A DNA stretch of 58,375 nucleotides, the filler included, from Sphacelaria rigidula (taxonomy: Eukaryota): assembly GCA_964200075.2 (NCBI GenBank). It is 9 parts of 9 records of this genome, joined end to end, with 100 filler letters (N's around TTAATTAATTAA, not from the genome) between each part and the next. Parts side by side here need not be neighbours in the genome. Positions count along the whole stretch, not along the records: positions 45,483 to 51,879 come from CAXNAA020020332.1; positions 51,980 to 58,375 come from CAXNAA020020333.1; 7 more parts are not named here. The stretch is one strand, 5' to 3'. Each line of letters opens with the position of its first letter. Position 1 is the stretch's first letter. A program made the position numbers and the translations under genes. Under the pieces are notes generated by a model. The model was not told where the DNA came from, searched no databases, and saw only the letters and a program-made list of their open reading frames with translations. Below, in pieces: positions 47,420 through 58,375 of this stretch.

Positions 47420-50242
47420 TTAGCACACGGGTTTACGATCAAAAACGTGCGGTGGAAAACAAAAATCCTGATCTGATGGGTCGTAATTTCAACCATCGTC
47501 GTGTATTTTGAAGATGGTTGATATCATGACATATCAGACGAGGATTTTTGTAAGACAGGCCCTAACAAGAACTTGAATTTGCGGAAGAAATTATACGGCA
47601 ATAGACAAGGCGGGTACACCCATATCTTCTTCACCCAAAATGCAGGTAGCGGTAAACGCGAAACTTGGAGCTGCTCGTGCTACACCCAAATCACTAAAAT
47701 CTCAGTCCCGACGTGATGGCAGCGCACCCATAGCCCATGCACAGCATATACACCACTTTTCGCGCAAAAAAGTGCGAGTAAGGGCCAAACAGCACCGCCG
47801 GGCACGAGGGTGTCGCAGAATGCCCACTTCGTCCGACAACCAGGTGGATACACCCACCGGCCACTACCACTGTATGTTAACTGTTTGTTGTACTCTGGCA
47901 TAATGACAAAAGCGTGTGCGGCCTTGATTGCCACCTGGCCATCCTTACCGCTGTCATCTGTGCACCGGTGTACTGTACGAGCTAGCGTAAAATGGATTTA
48001 AGCTCTCAAAGTCATGTCTCATCGACGCGGACGGATTGGGCCGCGATCCGCCCACCTTGGTAATCGTCTAATCAAAGGGGAAGATGCCCATCTGCTGCAC
48101 AGCCTGGGCATTTCCTTTTCGTTGCTTGAACATCACCCGCATCGAGTAAATCCTATGACTTACGGAGATATAGTCCATACCAAAGTCTGTACGAAATCCC
48201 GAACGACATGTACAGCGGATGGTGATTTTTTTGGTGTGAAAATTCCCCGGAGCACGGGAAAACGATGGATACCTTGACTTTCACCTAATTCGTAACCCAT
48301 CCAGAGACAAGGCGCATATAGTATTCTATACCAAACTCAGTATACAACGAGCAGAAGGTACTAAATGCACTAAGCTGGGATTTTCACCTCAATCTCAAGG
48401 GTCGTGTTTTGAAATTTGGTATGGGTATTACTAGGGCATACTAAAAACAAAATTGCCGGGACTCTTTTTTTAAAAAAACACCCGTCAAGGACGTTTTTGT
48501 GAGTGGTTCATAATGTCGGCCCTTAACTCAGCTTCACCTCAGTTTCCAGAGCTGTGCTTTGAAAATCTAACCCGGAGAATTGAGTAGTATAAAAACAAAA
48601 TGCTGGGACCGTGATTTTTCCCATGAATAAACGTTTTTATCGCCAGAGTAGGTCATCTGTTGAGTCAGCATCACATTCACTTGAATAATGAAAGATCTGC
48701 CCTGGAGATCAACGGGTTCAGGACGTTCTCTTTAAAAACAAGTTCTCATCATAACATAACATCCTTAACTCACGAAAAAATATAATCATTCCGAATATTT
48801 ATTGAATATCATTATACCCTTGCGACTCTAAACACCCAGGTTCAAAGCACAAGTCTCAAAACTGAGCTGCTACAGTTTGTTAGAACAACAGATTCGTTAT
48901 TGGTCTCTTATTTCGATAGTCGCTCGTATCGGGTGAATAGCAGTACATCTTCCGCATCCTCAGAGGATTGCAACTGTTCTAAGATTGTTAGCGGAGCTTC
49001 CGTCTCTGTCGGGTTAATGTAAAGTTGTAGGATTCTCATAAGTAAGAATATTCTCATAAGTAAGAACTTAGGCGTAGCGCATTGATACGAGGGTACTTGT
49101 GGGTTGCCCCCACACCCTCTCACTCTCTTTTTCTTCTTCACTCTCTTCACTGAGATTCTCGGCCACATAAGCGCCAATTTCCAACATCAATCTTTTCGAC
49201 AAGCAAGTGTGCTTTACCGCCACTTCGTGCTGGCTCTGTGCATCTCCTTGAGATATCACGCCACATCAAGAACTACCTCGTTCTTTCACAGCTGTGGGCG
49301 GTCTGACTATCCACGGGTGTTTGGGGGTTTTCCTCGCGTATTACTCTCCGATAAAACTCGAAATTGCTAGCGTCGGTAGATTTTGGTACAACAAACAGAT
49401 CATCCTCGAAACACAGTGCCCAGGTCAGTGTTAGTCGGTGTTATCGGGCGATACGAGTAAATACCCCGTTCGTCAGGAGGGGGATGTTGACCGTGAACAC
49501 ACAATTTTTCGGCTCTAGTGCAATGAGTAAAACTGTGCATTTCTTCACAAATATGATCGGGACAGACAGGCTCGATCGACCAAGAATACGTAAGAGTAAG
49601 AACCTTGGCTGAACGTGGCAAGACTCCCGATGACCGGTCAGCCCGTAAGAGAATCAATATTGAGTACAGACGATTTTTTCATGGAATGTAGAGCTGATAC
49701 AAATATCTTCAGATTCCCAATCTGATGATGAGCGGTGGCAAGCGAAAAGAGTCCGAGAAAATCGCGAAGTACGACAAAATCACAAAATGCCACGAAATGA
49801 ATGGTTAGACCGCCCACTCCTGTGCAACAAATGGCCTTCAATATACAGCTTCGCTCGTAGGCCGACCCAGCCTATTAATCTGCGACTCTCACCTTAAATT
49901 TGAGAGCTGAAACTAATAAATGTGATATGTATGGGGAATCGATAGGGTACTTACGGTTACGCACCTTTCATGTCGGTGAAATCGCTGCAAACGAGCCCAA
50001 TAGTGGGATCGTAGCCGGATTGTCGGACGGTCTCCGGTGCACTCTATGTGGGGGGGCTATCTCGGCATCAGTACCGGTATACGAAAAAAGTGATAGATTT
50101 TTTCATTTCTTACGGACGTTTTCACGAAACTTGACCTTGTTATTCCCCTCAACCCATGCGAAAAAGAAAAATCACGGGGTTTGTCAATCGCCTTATTTTG
50201 TAGGAGCTGCTGATTCTCCATACGAGTACTGTCTGTACTGTA

Positions 50243-50803
50243 CAGAAGTGACCCCCATTTCATGCCGGGTAGTGTCCCTCCAAAAATCCGGCAAAAAATT
50301 GAAATCGCATATAATCGTTTATTTGCCGTTCCGGCTATAACGGGGGGGGCGCAGCCAGACACTCCCGGCCACAGAGACGGTGGCACTCGTTGCTGCTCTC
50401 CGGGTCTTGCACGCCGCACATGCCATGGACGTACTCACCACACTTGCGGCACTTATGTTGTGTGTAGTGAGGTGGGCCCGGCGCTAGCTCTGGCGCCTTG
50501 CAGAGTGGTCCTGCTGCGCATGGCATGACTTACAACTTCGAGTGCTGCCGTGTTCGTGCTTCACTTGCGGCAAGCTCGCATGTCAAGCTGATTTCTGGGC
50601 ACACAAATGACCCGAACATATCCTGCGTCGGCATAACATCGGTCCCGTAATATGCCGATTCGGCACTAATTTTGATTTGATGCCGTTTATGGGAGGACAA
50701 TACGAAAGCGGCATAATAAGAGAAGAAAAAGTATCCCCTGGTAAAACCCGGCATATAATATATTTGGCATGAAATAGTTGGCATGAAACCAGGGCCACTG
50801 CTG
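50243..50803 (-). mobile_element. Tc1/mariner/pogo-like deletion derivative carrying a Cys/His-rich ORF
   Basis: TA|CAGAAGTGACCCCCATTTCATGCC ... GGCATGAAACCAGGGCCACTGCTG|CA (imperfect 24-bp TIR). Contains ORF 50335-50526(-), MPCAAGPLC...HKCRKCGEYVHGMCG...HRLCGREC. Confidence 0.65.
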
Positions 50804-51109
50804 CACCAAATTATAAATGGCAACTCTCAAAATTAAGGTAAGAATCCACCCGCAGCCTGCAGATCAGCATTAAGGTTGACCCGGCTCCTACCTTGCAGCA
50901 TTACAGTATTGCACGTAAATCCCAGCAAAGCAAGCAGAGATTCTGCAAGATCAGTCATTGTTCGGCTAATGCGCCCCACGTTCTGCAGAGAGGGAACTCT
51001 CTTTACACTTACTTGAGAGAGTTGAGAGTTGCCTTCACGAAGATAGTCTTGCTGCAAGCAACATATCGGCTCTGTGGTGTAATTTGTGCTGTGTACTACG
51101 GTGGAAATG

Positions 51110-51465
51110 CCGGTCGATCCGGTGGCTCAGTTGGTAACCTCGGAACCTTCTGACGGTTGAGTAGTGGGGTTCAATTCCTGGAGCGATCTAGGATTTTTTC
51201 TCACAACATGCCCAATAGTGGAGAGCGACTATGTCGTGGGTATACAAAATTCGACGTAACGTTCGACGAGGGAAAGGGACTGCCGTACCCCTTTCGCGAT
51301 TAAAAAAAAAGGCAAGCACCGAAGAAGGAACGTGGGGTATTAAAAACAAACAAGAATGGGAAAACTCCTGTATTGACCTCCCTCTTGTATGACACCGGCT
51401 GGTGCGCCCACATATACCGAAACGTGCAGACTGGCGCCCGGAATGCACGGGACGACAGCACACAC
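51110..51465 (+). mobile_element. tRNA-derived SINE family 1 copy
   Basis: A box TGGCTCAGTTGG, B box GGTTCAATTCC, shared body. Confidence 0.87.
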
Positions 51466-52220
51466 GGTGAAGTAAGTACCTGAACGTATTACACCCGCAA
51501 GTCAAGGGTATATATGGGACAGGGATCACCACCGAATTTCATCATTTCAAGTAACCGTAATCCTAACCCCAACCTACGGCAGACCGAAAACGCTCAGAGA
51601 GGTGGGGTGTAGAGGGTGCACTGGCAAAGTGCGCGTTGGCAGACTTCAAACGCAGTTTGTCCACGCTACTCGATTTGGGCAGTAGACCTATGGTGAGCCC
51701 CACTGAAGATCCGAATATCCGTGTCCACAAAAATCAGCAAGAACATGCATGGCGTGAAAAATCTTTCAGGAGGCATTTTGCTCGTTTATATTTTTTTAGC
51801 AATGGCCTATGATAGAAAAAGTATGCCTTCTCGTTTTTTGCCCAAGAAAGGTACGAAAAATGGCCAGAAACGCGAAAACNNNNNNNNNNNNNNNNNNNNN
51901 NNNNNNNNNNNNNNNNNNNNNNNTTAATTAATTAANNNNNNNNNNNNNNNNNNNNNNNNNNNNNNNNNNNNNNNNNNNNGGGTTTGTCGCTTGGGACCAC
52001 GAACTCATCCAGAGGAAGGGGAGGGGTTCAAAGTGTGAGGAAAAAAAAAAACAGCTAGAAACGACGGTACCTACGACCTTCAGGCGGATGTAATGCGGAT
52101 CTCATAGTCAACACTATCAAATCTGTTTTTGTCCGTTGAATTCTCCAGCTGATAGCGGTTACCACGATTTCAAGCACGTGGAGATCGGGTAGAAAACTAC
52201 CCGATTTTTAGCAAGCATAA

Positions 52221-52559
52221 CCGGTCGCTCCGGTGGCTCAATTGGTAACATCGAAATATTCCGATGGTTCGGCCGTGGGTTCGACTCTCGGTGCAGTCAC
52301 ACGATCTGGGAGTTTTCTCACACCATGCCCAACAGTCGACTTCACGGTCGAAGAGGGAGCGGGACGGCTGAACCCCTCCCGCGATGAAAAAACGGCAAGC
52401 ACAGCACAAGGAAGGTGGAGTACCGTGTACAATGCAAGAAAAAAAAACGCCTGTGGTGTTGGCCTTTTTCCTGTGTGAACCCGGCTAATACGCCCACATA
52501 CACCGGAAGGTGTAGACTGGCGTCCAGAATAGATGGGATGACAACACAAACACAACACA
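52221..52559 (+). mobile_element. tRNA-derived SINE family 1 copy
   Basis: A box TGGCTCAATTGG, B box GGTTCGACTC, (ACA)-rich tail. A further 3' fragment lies at ~53514-53590. Confidence 0.85.
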
Positions 52560-53879
52560 TACCCAACAGAACACAACCTTGTGTTGGGAGTTCTTATTCT
52601 TCATTTCAGAACAATTGAGAGGTCACCGATGGGTCGAGGTAGCTTTCTGCCCTGAGCGTGGCGGCGACCTCGGCGGCGGCGGGGGAGTGTACCCAACGTT
52701 TACTTCGAGTGTCGCCGTGCCCACGGTAAAGTTGCAGTGGCCGGGGTTGGTGTTGCAATCTCTATTTGCGCTGAGCTTGCTGCTGCATCCTGCACGGCCT
52801 TGGATACGGGGCATGATTTCAGATTGCTCCATCGTCGTCGTTGCATGTTGTTTCATGCTGCTCAGATGGAATATAACCCGAAAAAAGGACCGTACCCGCA
52901 TCAACACATCAATGCTGTTGGCTACCTTTTGTAGGCCGTCGTGGTGTTCTTCCAGATGGCTTGCGTTGATCGGTGCCGTACAGACATGAAAAGCACGGTG
53001 CCAACTGGCTGGTCAGCGCTGGCGAATCTTCGAATCTTCTCGCGACACAGATACAGTCGGTACCGCGACAGAAGGTTGTTGAGGTACGACGCTGGAGACA
53101 ACCACGCACTCTACATACGGGACATCAGATAGCTAACGCAATGACGTGTCTCTCTTGCGGATACGATCCCGTGTGCTAGAGCACCGCTTCGAAGGTATAC
53201 GTATACGCTTCGCTTGCTTCATGACTTGGTGCTTAGTAGAATGTTATCGATGCTGATTACACATTCTTCTTTCAGCTCTCCTCCTGCTACTGTCCTGGGC
53301 TGTAGCAAGTCAGAGGAGGGAAATGAAGTCCAGGCCAGGCCCGGAAAGTGAATAACCAGACAGAGTAATCTCGTTGACCTTTTTGCGGCAGATGAGGTTT
53401 GATTAGCGCGCGTATCCAGCGAAAATCCCGACAACAATCATGGAAAACAACGGAAAAATAGCTGAATTTAGTTCAATTATTTCACGAAGACCCGTACCCA
53501 TGAACACGGTGGCTCCTGTGTGACCCCGGCTGATGCGCCCACACACAAAAAAAGGAGGAGATTGGCGTTTAGAATAGATGAGAAGACATAGTATCAAGCT
53601 TATACTCAACTCTACCCAATATTTGAGTATAGGACTAAGATGGTACCCAATACACTCCAAGCTGGGCAATACCGACGGCCGGGTATTATTGTACCCGGGT
53701 GCTCGAGAGACAGCACCCGACACTTGCCCGACATGCCCGTGTAAAAATTCAAAAAATTACTTTGTACATGCACGCACATCGAGATATTGGCCGAATTCAA
53801 ATAACACCCCCCCAAACCCCCGCATGACGCCAAAACAAACCCAGGCACCTTCGACAACGCCATCTCGCTTCTCCCTCAC

Positions 53880-54134
53880 CTTCGGCGATCCACCAAGCCC
53901 TAGCGCAATGGCACACACAAGCGTGCTTTTTCCTGAGCCGTTCGGACCGACCACCACATTCAAGCGTGGTCCGAAAATCGCGACTGCATCCGAGTAGTTC
54001 AGAAAGTTCTTCATGTGAAGGCTCTTGATTGCGCCTTTGGAAAACTCAGAAGCTGGAGCTCGGGTTGCAGGTCCCTGCGATCCTTCTCCGGTGAGCTGCG
54101 CTCGACTCTTGCTTGCATTTGTTGTTTTCACCAT
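53880..54134 (-). CDS. SMC5: Structural maintenance of chromosomes protein 5, first coding exon
   Basis: ATG in strong context (ccgccaccaccATGG). Encodes GAIKSLHMKNFLNY...GPRLNVVVGPNGSGKSTLVCAIALGLGGSPK (Walker A plus the CAI.LGL.G.P segment typical of SMC5), followed by donor |gtgagg. Confidence 0.9.
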
Positions 54135-54558
54135 GGTGGTGGCGGTGGAGGTAGTAACGGTGGTGCGGTGGCGGAGGTGGGCAGGCTTACGATAACGATA
54201 CGGTTTTTCAAATTTGGAGCGCGGTTTTCAACTTGACAACTCGACTGCCCTGTACAGAGCAATAACAGCAGTTTTTGGGATAGTGTGGTGTGAAAGACCA
54301 GCGACAGGGTACCCGGCCTGCACCCGGGAAGACTGCTGCGTCCTCTTCAGTCGGAGAGCAGCGCTGCTCCGGCTTGCAGTCTGCCCAGGATTTTTCTTGA
54401 CCATCCCACGAGTAGCAAGAGAAACATTGACTTTGGAATGGTGTTCATTGATACCACGTATTAACGCAGGGGTATGCTGGTAGCATCTTCCGGGCGCGCT
54501 TTTTCAAAATCAGAACAGTATCTTCGGGCAGCACAGAGCATCTGCAGCCGGAGATAAG
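54135..54558. promoter_or_regulatory. Putative bidirectional promoter / 5' UTRs
   Basis: 424 bp with no recognisable repeat between two divergent start codons. Position only; no motif identified. Confidence 0.55.
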
Positions 54559-54637
54559 ATGTCGAATCCGCTCGCGTGGTTAGACAGAGACGCCGGTCCT
54601 GTAAACTATGGAGAGCCAACATACTGGGAGAGACGAT
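54559..54637 (+). CDS. METTL13/EEF1AKMT4-like SAM-dependent methyltransferase, exon 1
   Basis: MSNPLAWLDRDAGPVNYGEPTYWERR(Y), the Y....YW..RY motif of this family. Donor |gtaagt, phase 1. Confidence 0.85.
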
Positions 54638-55431
54638 GTAAGTACGCTGGACAAAGGTGATGCAATGAACCGAACACGTATGTTGCGTACTCTGATTGCC
54701 CTCTTCAAAATCTTGGATCGTATCCTTAGTTCTCCGCGACCACAGTACACAACCTGTCACAACAGACAGCAAGGTAGTGCAGTACGTACAGCACCTTAGT
54801 AAATGAGTGAAAAACCGTCCTGCTATCGACCCTTTGACAACCATAGTGGGCCATCTGGGTATTACCCTCACTTTTTTAATTAATATGGTGCTAAATCGAC
54901 GGATGATCCACCCTGGCGTTCCATAGCGTCCAGGCATCTATTTTTATCCCATCATGTTGAATCGCAACCACCTTTTCTTCATGAATGAGGCGCATGACCA
55001 CCCATCGCGTGTGGAAGTTGTCCGTCTGGGGGTCAAGAACAAAGGAACGGCACGACACTCTGCGCCTCGATCATGTTCACCACACTGTACTAAAGGGAAG
55101 AAACTAACCTTCGATATCTGTCGAAAGGTACGAAATAGCAATATGAAGGAAATAGCCAGCAAGAAAACGGTGCTTCCTGGCCGCAAGAGGTGATAAACAC
55201 GGCATTGCTGCCTAGCATTATCACGAAACGAAAGGATGCACTCGTAGGTAGGCAAGTAAGGCAGTTCACACGTCACGAACCAAAGGCCGCTTGACCTGTG
55301 CCTCTTGGCCCGACAATTGCACCGTGGGTACTGTGGCATCTCCCGACATGCCAAGTTGACTGTAGATGGCGCTTGCTTGTCGTGCTTGACTCGAAGTTTG
55401 CCATTCCCTTCACGTTTCTCCCGCGCGCCAG

Positions 55432-55497
55432 ATGAGGTGGATAGGATGACATATGGGGCGAGCTACCGTTCTGACTGGTACTTTGGTTTCGAAAAAT
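55432..55497 (+). CDS. Methyltransferase exon 2
   Basis: gccag| ... |gtgaga; T+AT=Tyr; encodes EVDRMTYGASYRSDWYFGFEK (DWY motif); phase 1. Confidence 0.85.
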
Positions 55498-56165
55498 GTG
55501 AGAGAAACGAATGAGTACCGATTCGGTCATTGGGCACGATGTGTCCTGTTTTTTGGAGCAGCTTGGTATATGCATCATTTCATCCCCATATGGCTTACAT
55601 CCACCAGACGGAATGCAGAGTTATTTCGCAGATTGGGGCGGCGCCTTTTTTCGTCTGTTTTGCGGCTGTCTGGCGTGCCACCAGCACTCGTAGCTGTACG
55701 TTCGACATAACCAAGTTGGCTGCCTCATCTAACCGCCACCGTGTTCATTTAATCCATCACCCTTCTATCGTCTGGCGGGAAGAGCCAGCCCACCTGCTAT
55801 CATGTGCCCTATAACGTTTGTGTCGGGAGCCGAAGATGAAGCGCCACGCAAGGATGGGGCTCGCCAACACACCAAGGACTCGGTCGTGATTTCCGAAGGT
55901 TGCATCTCTCATGTGTTTGTTCGCTGATTCTTGGGCTCATTATCATCGACACTGTTTTCTCGGAGATGTCCGAAATTGTCGAGACTGGCATGTACGTGAT
56001 GATTCTCGAATACTTGCGAGCGCCACGGCGTTTTCACAGGGCAGCTCTCGGAGGTGCTGCATTGCAGTCCGATTTTTCCGGACTTCTCCAAAAATGAAGC
56101 CTCGGAAAAAAAATCAAGTCACTTCATTTTCTGAGAAGTCCGAACGCAGAGTCCGAAAACTCTAA

Positions 56166-56751
56166 AGATGCACAACATATCCACTGCACCAACAGGCAGC
56201 GCTGACTGTTTAGCTCAGTGGATACGTTGTACATCTAACAAAAGTTCAACTGGGATTCGATCCTTCCGACGACCATTTTGACGCCTTTTTTCTGCAGGAA
56301 ATAATCTGAGAAAAAGTCTGGGATAAACACCTGAAAGCATGGTACACATCCCAAGTCGTGAGGATGACGCTGACTGTTAGCTCAGTGGATATGTTGTATA
56401 TCTAACGAAAGTACAAGCGGGGTCCGACAGCTGGTTTGACTGTTCGACTCCGGTTTCTACCCGAGGGTTGTAATCCCTCTAATCAGCGCTGCCCCAAGCG
56501 CTTCGTCGGCTTACAGGCGGGAATATGTGTCCTCGTCTTGACGGCTGGTGATGTATACCATGCATTTCAGGTGTGTATCCCAGACTTTTTCTCAGATTGC
56601 ATCTTCTGCAGAAAAAGGCGTCGAGATGGTCCTCGCAGGGATCGAACCCCGGTTGTACTTTTGTTTGTACTTTTGTTAGATGTACAACATATCCACTGAG
56701 CTAACAGTCAGCGCTGACTGTTAGCTCAGTGGATATGTTGTATATCTAACA
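56166..56751. repeat. Intronic cluster of inverted tRNA-like (SINE family 2) units
   Basis: Heads GCTGACTGTTAGCTCAGTGGATATGTTGTA.ATCTAAC at 56201(+), 56369(+), 56712(-) and 56713(+). Palindromes are centred at 56200/56201 and 56712/56713. Confidence 0.85.
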
Positions 56752-57041
56752 TCTGAGGCCTCTGAAAAAACGGTGTCGATAATAACGGACCGTAGAGGAA
56801 GAGCGCGATGGACAACATTGCACACTTTGCGCATACGTATACGGTTGGAAAGAGACACGGACAGCAGGGCAATCTGTTCTTCCCCGTCGCTTCGTGTCTG
56901 CAACACCCAACGAAAAGAAACAGGGCCACCACCCAGCTGTGTGTGTGAACAGATTTTCACACCTCCAGTAACAATATGTTAGAATTATAAGTTAATCCAA
57001 AAGGTTCAAACATGATTTCGCCGGGTATTCCATACGTGCAG

Positions 57042-57230
57042 TGAAAGCTACGATCGAGTCCTATTTTGGGCAGCCAAAGGGACAGCGCATCCTCTTGATC
57101 GGATGTGGAAATTCCGAGGTACCGGCGGATATGCACGCCACGGGCTACAGATGCATCACAGCGATTGATATATCAGCCACTGTCATCGCACTCATGCAAC
57201 AACAGAACCAAGACAAGGAAGGACTTGAAT
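57042..57230 (+). CDS. Methyltransferase exon 3 (SAM-binding motif I)
   Basis: tgcag| ... |gtgagt; T+TG=Leu; encodes KATIESYFGQPKGQRILLIGCGNSEVPADMHATGYRCITAIDISATVIALMQQQNQDKEGLE. Confidence 0.92.
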
Positions 57231-57660
57231 GTGAGTCGCACGTGGTAGGTTGACAGAAGGCAAAGCCGTATCATGTACTGATTTCTGGTCGTGTGGGCAC
57301 CATTTGTGGACTGCACGACGGATCTTTCTCCGGTTCCGACGGAGGAAAGCAGATGTTTTTTTTTCTTGCAAGTAGTAATAAGCACGACAGATATTCGGAA
57401 CGATGTCGTGGAACTCCCGCAGTTGACCGAACGTATGGTATGGCGAGTACCAACTATTACCTAGAACCAAGAGTGCGGCATTTTCCTCAGGAGAAATGTC
57501 TATTCGTTTTCAAAATGTACGGTGAATGCGCAGGGGTGTTTCGTGCATTTCTCGTGACGTACGTCCTCACGTTGATGTCGCTACCATCGCAACCTACTAA
57601 CCTCCACCAACCCTGACTGCGGGATGGAATTCATCGCCTGTTGTTTGCGCTTCCACAAAG

Positions 57661-57729
57661 ACTTGGTTGCAGATGCAAGAAAACTGGACAGCTTCCCCGA
57701 TGGGTTGTTCGACTGTATACTCGATAAAG
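57661..57729 (+). CDS. Methyltransferase exon 4
   Basis: caaag| ... |gtaacc; T+AC=Tyr; encodes LVADARKLDSFPDGLFDCILDK(G), the FD.I.DKG motif. The gene continues beyond the identified exons. Confidence 0.88.
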
Positions 57730-58285
57730 GTAACCTCGGGCGGGGGCGCAGCTAGCAACAGAATGTCATTTTACCAGCACTACCACGGCACAGTAGTTGA
57801 GACCGTCAGCCTTGCCAAAACAGTCCCTTCTCGGTATGCGGGTGTTGAACCACCTCGAGATTTTTTCTTGTATTCTAGTTTTTATCAGGCTAGTCCATCG
57901 ATCTGCGAGGATCGCTTCAATGGAGAGGGGGCGTGTCGTGGATCATTCGACATCATTTGTCGCGCCCTGGATACTTTCACCGAAGGGGTGCATCAGAGTG
58001 GATTTTCTCCCCGTCGCCGGGGTTCCCCAAGCTTGAGATAGTGTTGAAGTTGGGGTTTTCGTCTCGTGGCCGTGTTCCTCCAAGCTGGAGGCTTTTGTTG
58101 GATTTGAGGTCTTCGTCCCCTGGCCGGGTTCCCCTATGGGTGAGGTGTTGTCCTACCCGCTCTTGGTCAGGGCACACGCTCAGCGTTTTATTACGAGTTG
58201 GTACATTGATCCGCGAGGATCGCTTAGAAGGCTAGGGGGGGGTCACGGATCGATTTATAACTTTTCCGGTCCCAAGGCAGCATTG

Positions 58286-58375
58286 GACACTTTCTACGAT
58301 AACCCCCCCCAAAAAAGTGCATGGTTTTGGGACGCAAAATCTTCAAGTAAGCCGAAATGGGAAAAGCCGAGCACA
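58286..58375. mobile_element. Left end of a third GACACTTTCTACGATA MITE
   Basis: GACACTTTCTACGATAACCCCCCCCAAAAAAGTG matches the 23413 end; truncated by the window end. Confidence 0.7.

Noticed and set aside
49721..49750. Hammerhead ribozyme-like CTGATGA...GAAA
   Set aside because: Stem II does not close correctly and stems I/III are not evident. No convincing hammerhead was found by eye at the other CTGANGA sites I checked.
52700..53130. Possible RTE-like LINE C-terminal remnant or SMC5 exon 2
   Set aside because: Only vague resemblance on the + strand with an internal stop, and no LGR-type SMC5 continuation on the minus strand.
56620..56712. Possible tRNA gene (even a CTA-anticodon suppressor) on the minus strand
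   Set aside because: A and B boxes are present but the acceptor stem does not pair and the central loop is non-canonical. It occurs as repeated SINE-like units.

Overview
Eukaryotic, repeat-rich DNA. The intron and repeat style suggests a stramenopile, probably a brown alga (inference, not searched). The window is not one locus. It is nine unplaced scaffolds of almost identical, descending length (6398, 6398, 6398, 6397 x5, 6396 bp) joined by artificial 100-bp spacers (N44-TTAATTAATTAA-N44). Five partial spliced genes are supported by protein motifs and GT-AG junctions: a PIP5K-family kinase (2 exons), a carnitine/choline O-acyltransferase (first exon), a divergent proteasome alpha-type subunit with long low-complexity insertions (last 2 exons), SMC5 (first exon), and, head-to-head with SMC5, a METTL13/EEF1AKMT4-like SAM methyltransferase (first 4 exons). 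Where more than one exon was found, the reading phases match. The rest is mostly transposon-derived: a decayed chromodomain-bearing Ty3/Gypsy, several MITE families (PIF/Harbinger, Tc1/mariner, and a GACAC-ended family with 4-bp TSDs), and tRNA-derived SINEs. Two observations stand out. (1) Two non-LTR retroelement families share a ~50-65-nt 3' end, lack a poly(A) tail, and insert at oligo(C) tracts that they duplicate. (2) An intron of the methyltransferase gene holds a nested cluster of palindromes built from tRNA-like heads. No CRISPR, rRNA or functional tRNA gene is supported.
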